Origin: Clostridia bacterium
Lineage (GTDB): Bacteria; Bacillota; Clostridia; Christensenellales; DTU072
DNA length: 64,000 nucleotides
Assembly (NCBI GenBank): GCA_045535785.1
Contig: JAZSMH010000060.1
Location: 66,560-130,559 of the forward strand
Reading direction: 5' to 3'
A program made the translations under genes and the position numbers. Under the pieces are notes generated by a model. It saw only the letters and a program-made list of their open reading frames with translations. It was not told the origin of the DNA and made no database searches. Shown piece after piece: positions 8,489-19,200 of the stretch (within the stretch, counting starts at the first letter, position 1; each line of letters begins with the position of its first letter).

Positions 8489-10204
8489 TTATCTTCTTTT
8501 TTTATTTTTCGTATTTTTACCCTTGTGGGGATTTTTTTCTTCGGTTGCGTTAGTATTAGCTATATTTTGTTCGTTTTCGCTATTATTTTGAGCGGTTTCG
8601 CTATTATTTTGAGCGGTTTCGTTCTTGCTAGCGCTATCTTTCTTTATTTTGTTTATCTTACGGAAAGCGTAGATAAGTAGCACGCCACCTATAATTAGCG
8701 GAACGGCAGTCAAGCTAAATAGCCAATAGAGATTGCTACTATCTTTTTCTACAAAGATATTGACTACTCCGTACGTAAGGGGTGCGGTGACTTTAATCGT
8801 GCCGTCAACGTACTTGACGATATTGCTTTCGTGATATTCAATCTTGCCATTGACGTCGTAAGCAACTTGAACGGCTTTTATATTCTCGTAATCTTCTAGC
8901 TTGAAGCTGAAAGTAAGGGGGGTAGAGAACTTAGCCTTTACCTTGCCGTCATCTTCGGACTCAACGGATAGTGTAATGCAGTACACGTCGTCGGCTTTAC
9001 AGTCTAGATACTCTACTATTGGGCGCTTCTCTTGCTCTACGTCCTTATAATTGAACTTCGCGAGAGTAACGGTAAAATCTGCGTAGTCGCCTATATCTAA
9101 AAATGCTAGCGTGCTACCCATACCTTCGACGTTAAAGTCGGTTAAATATTCGCCGTTAATAACGGATAGCTCGTAATTACGGACGCCGTTGGCGTTATCT
9201 TGATTGGCATTTAGGTACAAGGTGTATGCTTTTCTTAATTCTGCGAGAGCGTTTTCTTTATCAGTTGCGCTCGAATTGCTGTCGGATATTACGGTGACGT
9301 AGTCGGCGTAGGCTGAGCTAATCTTGTCATACAGTATATCGGAATAGCCACCTTCTTGCATTTTTACGATAGCATCGTTGATTTGCGTTTCTATCTCTAC
9401 GTTATAAGACGACTCGGAAAGGGACTTGAGTAGCTGTTTTCCCGTAGTGTTGCCTACGTTGTCCTTAACCTCTATATAATAGTCGTAGTTGCCGTAATCG
9501 ACGACTACCGAATAGGTCTTGTTGTAACCGCTTATCTCTTGCTCGTCCACCTTTTTGTATTCGCTACCACCGCGAAGAAGGGCGTATAAAGTAACTTGGT
9601 CAAGACCGCTGTATGCCGAGCCCTCCATAACTTCGGTGAGCACTGCCGTAAGGCGACATCTACCGCTACTCCAATAGGACTGCGTAAGGCGGAATTTTGG
9701 GGCGGCAGTGTCTACGTTGGTGCAATAGACTATATCGCCGTAGTACGCTTCTTCGGGATCTTCGGGGGTTATGCTATAATAGACTGTGGGTACTATTGCG
9801 CAAATGGTATTTACCTTGATATCAAAGTAATAAGCTAGCCTTTCGGTGCCGTTATCGGTAGAAGTAAGGTCGCTTTTTTTCACCTCTACGTTATCTAAAA
9901 GTAGTTTGTAGCCCGTCTGAGTGATTGCACCGCCGTTAGACGTCAATCCACCTGCGTCGGTCACGTTGTTGAGTTGAACGACGTCGTAGGTGATGCGTGT
10001 TATTGCGTTGTAGCCCGTTGAATTAACGTAGACTCTATACGTTACGCCCGTGTCGGGGCTAACGAAGGTTTCGTAATTGGGTACGAAGGTAAGACGATAG
10101 TTGTAATCAGCGTGCGCTACTACCGTACTTATTCCGCATAGTGCAAGTATCGTTATTACCGCTAAAAATAGCGTAACTGTTATTAAAGTATATGTTTTTT
10201 TCAA
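8489..10204 (-). CDS. Secreted, C-terminally membrane-anchored 571-aa protein with Ig-like module(s); probably co-transcribed with the upstream giant gene
   Basis: TTG start 12 nt after the giant ORF's stop. N-terminal signal peptide (LFLAVITILALCGISTVVAHA). 'DTAAPKF...VKDNVGNT' Ig-like signature. C-terminal TM (LFSLTAVPLIIGGVLLIYAF) followed by a basic/Asn-rich tail that contains the ETAQNNS repeat. Confidence 0.8.
   Translation of the reverse strand: MKKTYTLITVTLFLAVITILALCGISTVVAHADYNYRLTFVPNYETFVSPDTGVTYRVYVNSTGYNAITRITYDVVQLNNVTDAGGLTSNGGAITQTGYKLLLDNVEVKKSDLTSTDNGTERLAYYFDIKVNTICAIVPTVYYSITPEDPEEAYYGDIVYCTNVDTAAPKFRLTQSYWSSGRCRLTAVLTEVMEGSAYSGLDQVTLYALLRGGSEYKKVDEQEISGYNKTYSVVVDYGNYDYYIEVKDNVGNTTGKQLLKSLSESSYNVEIETQINDAIVKMQEGGYSDILYDKISSAYADYVTVISDSNSSATDKENALAELRKAYTLYLNANQDNANGVRNYELSVINGEYLTDFNVEGMGSTLAFLDIGDYADFTVTLAKFNYKDVEQEKRPIVEYLDCKADDVYCITLSVESEDDGKVKAKFSTPLTFSFKLEDYENIKAVQVAYDVNGKIEYHESNIVKYVDGTIKVTAPLTYGVVNIFVEKDSSNLYWLFSLTAVPLIIGGVLLIYAFRKINKIKKDSASKNETAQNNSETAQNNSENEQNIANTNATEEKNPHKGKNTKNKKRR
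8575..8616. repeat. 21-bp tandem repeat x2 (plus a partial third copy) encoding ETAQNNS in the tail of the 571-aa protein
   Basis: tttcgctattattttgagcgg occurs twice in a row. Confidence 0.85.
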
Positions 10205-10216
10205 TATAACCTTCTT

Positions 10217-13200
10217 TTATTTGCTGTTCTTTATTTCTCTTATTGCCGATCTCTCGGTTTCTCTAGCCGTAACTTTACGTCTATGTTGTAGGGGGTTAAG
10301 GATAAGTACGACTACTATTGCTATCAATATAATAGCTAGTGAAGCGAGGATAATTACGTAAGTGTAGTTAAACTCTGCTAGTCCGAATACAACCGTACCC
10401 GTTGAACTTGACGCGTAGAAGGTAAGGTAATTGCCTTCTCTTACGTAGGATATATTCTGTCCTTTTAGCGCGCCGTCGAATTCTACCGTGAACTCTTTGT
10501 CAAGATATTTTTTAGGAATCTCGATACAAATCTTGTATTGGTCGGAATTGATGGTAGGATTGTCGTTAACTAAAATGCTATACGCTACTGCTCTTGCTTC
10601 TACGCCTAGCATCTTGGTCCAAATGCTAGTTTTGTTGCTCTCTAGCTTGACGGAATTGAATTCTACCGTTGTTCCGCTTACAAAACCGTTCTTGGTGCTG
10701 AGAATATAGGATGCGCTTTGTTTATCCTGAACCTTGTTGTTATAGATAGTAACCTGCTTTTCACAAACGGGTTCTTCTACAGCGTAGTTAGTCGCTTGTA
10801 AGCCTGATACGACGTAATTGGTGATGGTTACGTAGTGCTTGCCGACGTTGGTTTTGTTCTCAAAGGTGGTTGCTTCCATGCGTAGCAATACTTCGTCGCC
10901 GTATAGTGTGCCGTTAAGTCTACCGCTTATTTCTACCGTCGACGTGCCGTCGTAGACTTTGTCTTTAACCTCGATATCGCTTACGGTAAGAGCTTTTGGC
11001 TTAATCATAAATACCGCGCTTATTTGGTCAGCTTCGTAATTCTCGTCGTCGATATATACGGTGATGTTGTAGGTGCCTGCATCGGTGGGCATCGTGGTAT
11101 TGAAACCTTGGTATACGATATAGTAGCTTACTCCTGCAGGCGTGGTGGTGATGATGGGTGCTACTACGCTACCGTAAGTTTGTCCCATGAGCGTATCTTG
11201 ATGGAATTCTATATTCTCTACCGTGCCCTTGGTTACCTTGTATATAATGGTGCGCGTTGCTACGTAGTTATCGTGTACGAGAGTAACGGTTAAATCGTAG
11301 GTTTCTATATCGCTAGGCGCTACGAATGAATCGTAATGGGGGCCTGTACGCGACGTGTATCTATAAATAATAGTCTTGTACATGCTGTCGGCGTCACGCA
11401 TTAGATAGGTGCGTTTGTCACCTACGTGATTAGCGTCGTACATCTTTACTTTGACGTCTACGGCTTTGCCGTACGTGGTGGTATAGGTGGTTACTTCTTG
11501 GTTATCTGCGCCGACAAATTCGATATCGATAACCTTTTTGTTAACTACGTAACTAAATTCGTAAACCTCCGAGGTGTAGTTATCGTCCTCTATCCAACAG
11601 GTGAAGTAATACGTGCCTGCGTTAATTATATCGCCGTTAGAATACTTCTTGCCTTCGTAGGTGGTGTCGTAAACTACCTTATTGCTCAAATGTGATGGTG
11701 CCGTTACGAATACTAATTGCGTAAAGTCGGCAGGGGTGCCGTATTCTACGTTATTGGAAGTAACGAGTACCGTTGCTATACCCTTATTAATCATAATATC
11801 AACGTAACCTACGTAAGTAGCGAAGTTGACGCTGTCGGTGGGTATGAACTTGTATTGAACGGTCTTAATGCCCGATTCGGTAAATACCATAGCGGACTGT
11901 ACAAAGTCAAATGTGCCTTGTACGACGTTATTGAAACCTTCGTAATATACCTCACCGCCACCGAGAGCAGATTTGCCTAAGCTTTCGCCTACCGAGATAC
12001 TTACGGCGCTAGGATCGGTGACTTTCTTCGGGACAGCCTTATAAATAACGAATATAGGTGCGGTGCCGTTAGCCGTTGCACTTACCTTTACGTCATAGTT
12101 ACTGTCAATAGAGGTTACTCTCAATTCGTAGTTGCCTGCAGCAACGGGATCGGATACGTAATTACCCGTAGTGCCCTTATATTCTATCTTCAAGGGTACG
12201 TTAGCTGGGGTGACGACGTAGCTTATATCGCTAGCCTTGGACGCACCGTTATATTTTGCGGAAAGCGTTGTAAACGTAACGGTTGCGGTAGCTTTGGCTA
12301 CTACTACGGTGATTTCGCAATTTACCGACGAATAGTTAGCATTGTTGGGAATGAATACTAACGTTACTTTTTTGCTACCTGCGTCGGGAATAACGTCAGC
12401 GTATTCTTCCGTTACTTGGAATTTACCCTGTACGTCTATATCGCTACTCGTTACCTTGCCACTGTCGTCAAATCTAAGTTCGCCGAGCTTTTGACCGTAT
12501 TTTAGGTTATAAGAACCCGTTTCGTCAGTAGTAAATAGCGCGCTAGGTGCGTTAATTAAGGTAACTGACTTAGGATTAATGATAAACGCAAATTCTTTGT
12601 TGGTGAGTGCGTAGTTGTCGTCGGCAAGGACTACCGTAACGACGTAGTTACCGGCGCTTTCTGGTAAGACGGTGCTTTGGGTAACGCTCGACGAATGATA
12701 GTAGAGCTGGTAGTCAAGAGCAATACTCATCTTGGTATCGCTGTCTATAAATCCTACCTCGGGCGCGGATATGGTTGTGCCGTAAACGTATACGTAGGAG
12801 CTTTGACCTGTGACGAGAGTTACACTCTTGGGACTTACCTTATATTCTAGCACCGCTACACCGCTCATATATTCGGTGTCAACGGTTACTTTGACGTGAT
12901 AAACGCCTGCGTTAAAGACGATATTAGAGAGATATTCGCCGTCGGGTGCGGATGCCTTCTTGAATTCTAGCGAGTATTGATACGAACTAAGTACCGTGTC
13001 GAGCCACTTGATGCTAACCACGTTGACGGTGGCTGAATCGTATACGTCACTATCCTTAACTAACGATAATTCTTTGCTTACGTCGCGCTTGGTGATGGTA
13101 AAATCAATCGTCTTGACGCCGTAGTATTGATTTATTTCGTCCTTTAAGTAGATTACTACGCTGTAGGTGCCTATTTCTACACCTTGACTTTCGTTGCCTA

Positions 13201-16200
13201 ACGCATCGTAGATTTTTACACTAAACGCGCTGTCGGCTATCTCTAATTGCGAGTTGCGTACCGTTATATCTAAATTTTCGGGTGAAATTGCTTCGCCATC
13301 GTATGATTTGAAGGTTTTACCTACTATAATATCGCTTTCGCTTACCGATACGTAACGGTTTGATTTTACGGTATTTTCAAAATAATAGTTCTTGGTAGAT
13401 ACTACTATAAATATATCACCATTACCCGCGTTATCGGGCATAAACATTATTCCTACGGTAGAAACGTCGTCGGTGTATATAATCGAGCCGTCTAAGCTCA
13501 ACTCGCCACCCTTATTAATTATGCCGACTAGCATATTTCCTTTTTTATCGTAAATATTGAATATATAATCGGATGCAAGTGTGGGCACCTCTTCAAATAC
13601 GATTGCTTCTGCGGTATAGTTACTTATATCTACCTTGTTAACGATACCGTCGAAAGAAATGAAGCCGGTCATTACGTTATAGATATCAAAATCGGTAACT
13701 TTGCCACTAATTAACTTGTAAACTACTTCTATTTTTTCGCCAACACAAGGAACGTAGTTAGAGCCTTGCTTAAACTCTAACGTACCGCAAGCGTTGAGAG
13801 ATTTTACCATATCGTTACAGGTGCTGCAACTTGCATCAACGGGTACGAACGATACGGTGAATTCGTCTAGCGTTGCGCCGTAGTCGAGGCTATCTCCACC
13901 CGACGTAGGTCTTACTACTATATTAACTGCGCAATCGTGCGAATCAACGGTAGATACTCCGCTGAAAGTGGGAATTATTGCATAGCTCGTTGCGTCTTCT
14001 GCTGAATAATCCGTCCAATCGCTACCGCTTGCCGTATTGCCACTTGCTAGAACGTTACCGTTAATTGCTAGCGAATCTTTGCCGATTACGTTAACGGTGA
14101 TTGTGAACGTAACGGTCTTGTATAGAAGGGTGTCGGTAGGTGTGAAGGTGACGTTGATTTTCGTAGCGTTTGCTTTGGCAAACGTCACGTTCTCTACTTG
14201 GAAGGTACCCGCTATGTAAGAACCTGTGGACTTAATAACGGCTCTACCGCCCGATACGTCTGCGGTGGTGATTTCGTCGCCGATCTTGAATACCTTATCC
14301 GTGGTGGGTAATACCTCGATATAAGGTGTACATTCGGTTACTTCAAGTTCGTAATCCCACGTTCTTTGACAAATATAGTTCTTACTAGATACAACGGCGC
14401 TTACGATATACGAGCCCTTTGCTCTAGGACGGTTAGCAGAAGAATTGTAACTTACGCTAACGGTGAAGTCGTTGTTACTTACCGCGTAGTCGTATAATAG
14501 GCTATTGTCGTAGCTTACTTCTACGTAGTGATAGGTGTTGTCGTATTCGATAGCGAAAACTTCGCTCTCTAATATCTTGGAGCCTTGGTTAACTCCGTCT
14601 ATCGTGTATATATACAAAAAGTCTGCTTCGAGAACACGTTTGTCGATAACGATGTTCGTGATGCTTGAAGTACCTAGATAGTTGCTTGAAGTGGGCTCGA
14701 AACGATATTCTACTTCGTGCGAGCCTACGTTAAGGGTGTTGATACGGTCGAGCTCAATAAAGAAGGTACCCTCTACTTCCTTATCGTCGTATCTACAATA
14801 TACTCTACCGTCTTCTTTTACGGTAGGTGCGTCCGTCGTATTGTAGACGTAGTTATTGAATTGAGGTGCAACGGTGATATTAACGCTTGCTTTTTGTACA
14901 GTTAGCGTAATTATCTCCGAACCCTTATAGTTGTTATCGTTAACGGTGATCATGACTTGGTATACGTTAGCGTCTAGTGCGCCTAGTCCTGCTAGGGTGC
15001 TAGGAGTATACTCTTGACCATCTAATTTGTACGCATATTCTAGTCCTAATCCGTAGGGCGAGGTGTATGCATCGAAGGGAATATTGTCCTGTCCCGTATA
15101 AACTACGCTAACGGAATCGCTGACGGTGATATCCGCTTGATATTTGTTAATCGTCAATACGTAGCTAGGGTTGAGAGTGCTAGCCTTGATAACCTCGTAA
15201 TAACCGTTGTTATCCTCTGCGTGGAAGTTAAGGTAAACTTCGTACGTACCTGCATTAACGGGAAGGGTATCGTACCTAACTCCGTTAGAATCTTCGTAAG
15301 TAAGGGTACATTCTGCAATATTCTTACCTAGATCGACGTTAACGATTCTTTGAACGGTATACGTTTGGTTAAGGTTAACGAATTTTACGTCGTTAGAGTC
15401 GATGGATATCATCAAGAAACCTCTAGTGTCCTTAACGGGATTGCAATCAACGGCGTTATCTACTAGCATATAGTTCATACTAGCGGTAAAGCTCATTACG
15501 CATTCGTAGTAGCCTATTTCGCCCGGTGTATAACCTAGAGAAGAATTGTTAACGCGATAGTCGATGGTTATAGATTCGTTAATAGGCGTATCTAAATCGT
15601 CTACTGCGTACGCTTTTACACCGACGTTAAGAGATTTGCCTGCATACGGCTTCTTGACACCCTCTACTCCGTCTATCGTGTAGATTTGATCTCTACTGTC
15701 TGTAGAAACGACTTTGATTACCGCCAATTTTTTGTTAATGGTAAATTCTACGCTTACAGAGCCTTTATACTCGCTATAATCGTCTTCTTCTAATAACGTT
15801 GCCGTAAAGATATAGTTACCGGCGGTAAGAACGCCTTCGGGCATAATTTCACCGTCTTTTCTACTCAAAGTAAGCGCCCAAGGTAAATCTCCTGCCTCCG
15901 CTAGGGATAAAGCGTAAGTGACTACACCCGTTTCGTAAAAATCTTCTTTTTCTTTATTTATTTTGTACGAAAGGTCGCCGTATTCGTAAGTACCGTCAAC
16001 GGATAATGACATAAGGTCGCTTACGTCTAATCTGTTAACCTTCTTATTCATATAACCCTCATTGGAATATTCTCCGTAGAATCTCTCGTAGTTGTGAGCA
16101 TCATTGGGAATAAAGTCAAAGAAGATATTCGTTCCATAATGTGTTATATAGAAAATTTCGCCGGCATGACGTTCGGAAACGACAAATCTACCGCTAATTG

Positions 16201-19200
16201 TTTCGCCACCTTCCGCTACTACCGTACCGTTATAGAAAGTAACTGCCGATATGGGCTTACTGTAACAAACGACGCTACTCTCGTTGGCAATTTCGGGTTG
16301 TTGCGTAACGGTAAGCTGTGACTTCTTAATAATTATTGGGAACGTAACGGTACCTGCGTAGTTATCGTCGGCAACGGAATAAGTAACGGTATATTCGCCC
16401 GCGATAAGATTATCGAAAATAACGTCTTCGCCCTTTTCATTCTTGTAAGCAAACGTACCTCTTAATCTCGATAAGTCACCGTCGCCATATTTGCTACCGG
16501 AATAGCTCAATAAGGCGTAGAGTTCGTTCTCTTGATATACTTTGTACGCTTCGTTATACGTTCCTTCACTGTTAAAGAACACGTTAAGACGTTTTTTGTC
16601 GACGGTAAGTAGACAGCTGTTAGCGTAGACGTCTTTGTAGTTATTCTCATCCTGATGTGTGAGGTGAATCTCTACGTTGGTTATACCTGCAACAACGATA
16701 ACGTTGGTGCTAAGTGAATACTCGTATTGGCTCGGTTCAACGTATAAATATACGTTGTTACCTCTCTTGTAGTATTCTATACTATCGTCGCTAGGCAAGG
16801 TATTGTCCGTTGAATATAGGATACCTACCGTCTTGGATACGGTGAGGTCGTCGATGCTTTCTACCGTGGACTCGTACTCGATATTATCTATCGTTACTTT
16901 GGTCCAATCGAGATTAGCCTTGCCTACGAAAATATCTTTTGGGGTATAAATAAAGTCGTAATTAACTCTATCGTCGGCTACGAAGCATATATACCACGAA
17001 TACGGGGATATCTTATATTGAGCGTCTTTATACTCTTGCATATATGCGATATAGTCGTCTTCCGATAGATTCTCATTGTCGGGATTATTCGCTTTTTGCT
17101 CTTCTTTCCATTCTTCATACTTGCAGTATACGATCATCATTTTACCCGTAACGTTAACGATAGACGAGGTCTTACGGGTGGGAGTGATATATACCTGTGC
17201 AGCGTATTTTACCGTATAGGTATCGCTAATACGTATTGACTTGAAGGGTTGACCGTAGCTTATATTGTATTCGTTACTTAACGCGCTGTTGTATACGTTG
17301 GGCCAAACTACGTTGACGTGTGAGCTTTCGCTGCCCGCTCTTTTGATAGTATATAGTGCGTAGGTACTACCCTCGTGGTTAGGATCGTTTACGTCGATTT
17401 TTACAACGTATTCGCCTGCGCTTTCGGGAAGATTGACCAAATTACGCATGTCTTTTTTGTCTACTATATTGCTATCCGTCATCATGTCGACGATTTCTTT
17501 TCCGTCTACATAATAGTAGAAGGTGTAGTCGAACTTTATACTTGCAGTAACGTCTACACCGTTCTTGAGTGCGGTGGGGTTAGGCGTTGCTTCGTACTGA
17601 TATTCAAACTCTTCTTTGTCGCATTTTACGTTAAGCAAGACTTTGTTTATCTTCATAACGTAGTAGTGAGTGCCAGTGTAGTTACATTTGCTCTCGTTAA
17701 TAACCACCTTGATGACGTAGAGTCCCGATTGGTTAGGAGCGTTAACGGTATATTTTAAATCCTCGAAATCGTCTTCTATACTATCAGCTTCGGCATAGGT
17801 GACGATACAATCCTCGGTAAGGTCGAGATTGGTTTCGCCCTCTTTGGTGCTCTTTACCTTGAAGTTAACCGTTTTGTACTCGCCACTGTACGTGTGCTCT
17901 ACTATACCGTTGACGATTTTGCCACTTCCTTGGTCATTCTCTAACGAAAAGGCAACGGAGTCGTCGTGTCTTACGTAAAGGGTGATAGTTCTCGTAGCGG
18001 GTTCGTAATTGGGGTTGGGGATAAACTCGCCGTTAGCGTCGTATTCAAACTGAACGCTCGCTCTACCCATAGTATCGGTAGTCACCGTTCCGCGTACCGC
18101 GTGGAATACTACGTCTACTTGATATTCGCCTGCGTTAGGACGAGCGTAGTCGGCGCTCGCTCTTATTCCGTCCGATAGTTCGTAATAGCCGGGGATACCG
18201 TCGGAGGATAATTCGGAAACGAATTCGCTTTGGTAATAAGCGGATATTCTGTCGTTAACACGTCTTTTTCCCTCGCCGTCTTTGCCTGCATCTGACCAAT
18301 CCATATCGATTGACGACATGCTTTCGCCGTAGGTAATGGATAAGTCGGCACCCTGCATTAGCGTGTTTATTTTGGGTGTGGACTTGAGAATGGTGAATTT
18401 ACCCGACGTGTTGCCGTAGTACGTGCTATTGTTGGCAATCTCCGCGTAGAAGTAATACGTACCTGCGCTTATGGGGTAATTGCTGTTATTTTCATTTACC
18501 TTTTGCGTCATTTCGGCATCGGTATAGTAAGTAACCGCCACCCTTATCGAGCCTGCAGACACGCCTTCTACTACTGCCTGTGCCGGAACAGTTTTGCTAT
18601 TGCCATCGTAAGGTTGAGGATTGGTTACCGTCTTTATCTCTACTCTTAATTTGAATCTAAACACTAGAACTCTTATACTATCCTCTTCAACGAAGGAATC
18701 GCCTACAATGAAGGTATAAGGAACTTCTTTGGTCACTCCGTTGATAATGAACGGATCGCTGAGATGCTCTAGCGTGGTGGTGTTGTTGGAATACGAACAA
18801 TTACGGCAATCCATACTAACGCCGGTGGTGCTGAATTGGGTAAGGATATAGGTTTTGTACGCAGTACTGTTACGGAATTTTAATCTCAAAGAAATTCTTG
18901 CACCGCGTCTTAAAATGATTTCTCTTTGTTCAATTACTTGATATTTTGAAAGCTTGCCCGAATCGTTAACGGTGGCATAGCTAACCTCCAACTGATTCTC
19001 GTTGACGGTTTCGTCTTCTCCTTCGCCTATTAGATATTTTATTTCAAAAACGTAGTCGGTAACGTCAATTTGAATGAAATATTTGTTAGCGTTATATTGC
19101 GAATTGCCTACGTAGTCGCAGGATACGAGCTCGATGGACCACACGCCGTTAACGGTGTTGACTTTGCTCGAATTGAAAAGCTCAATAAAGAAGCCTTCGC

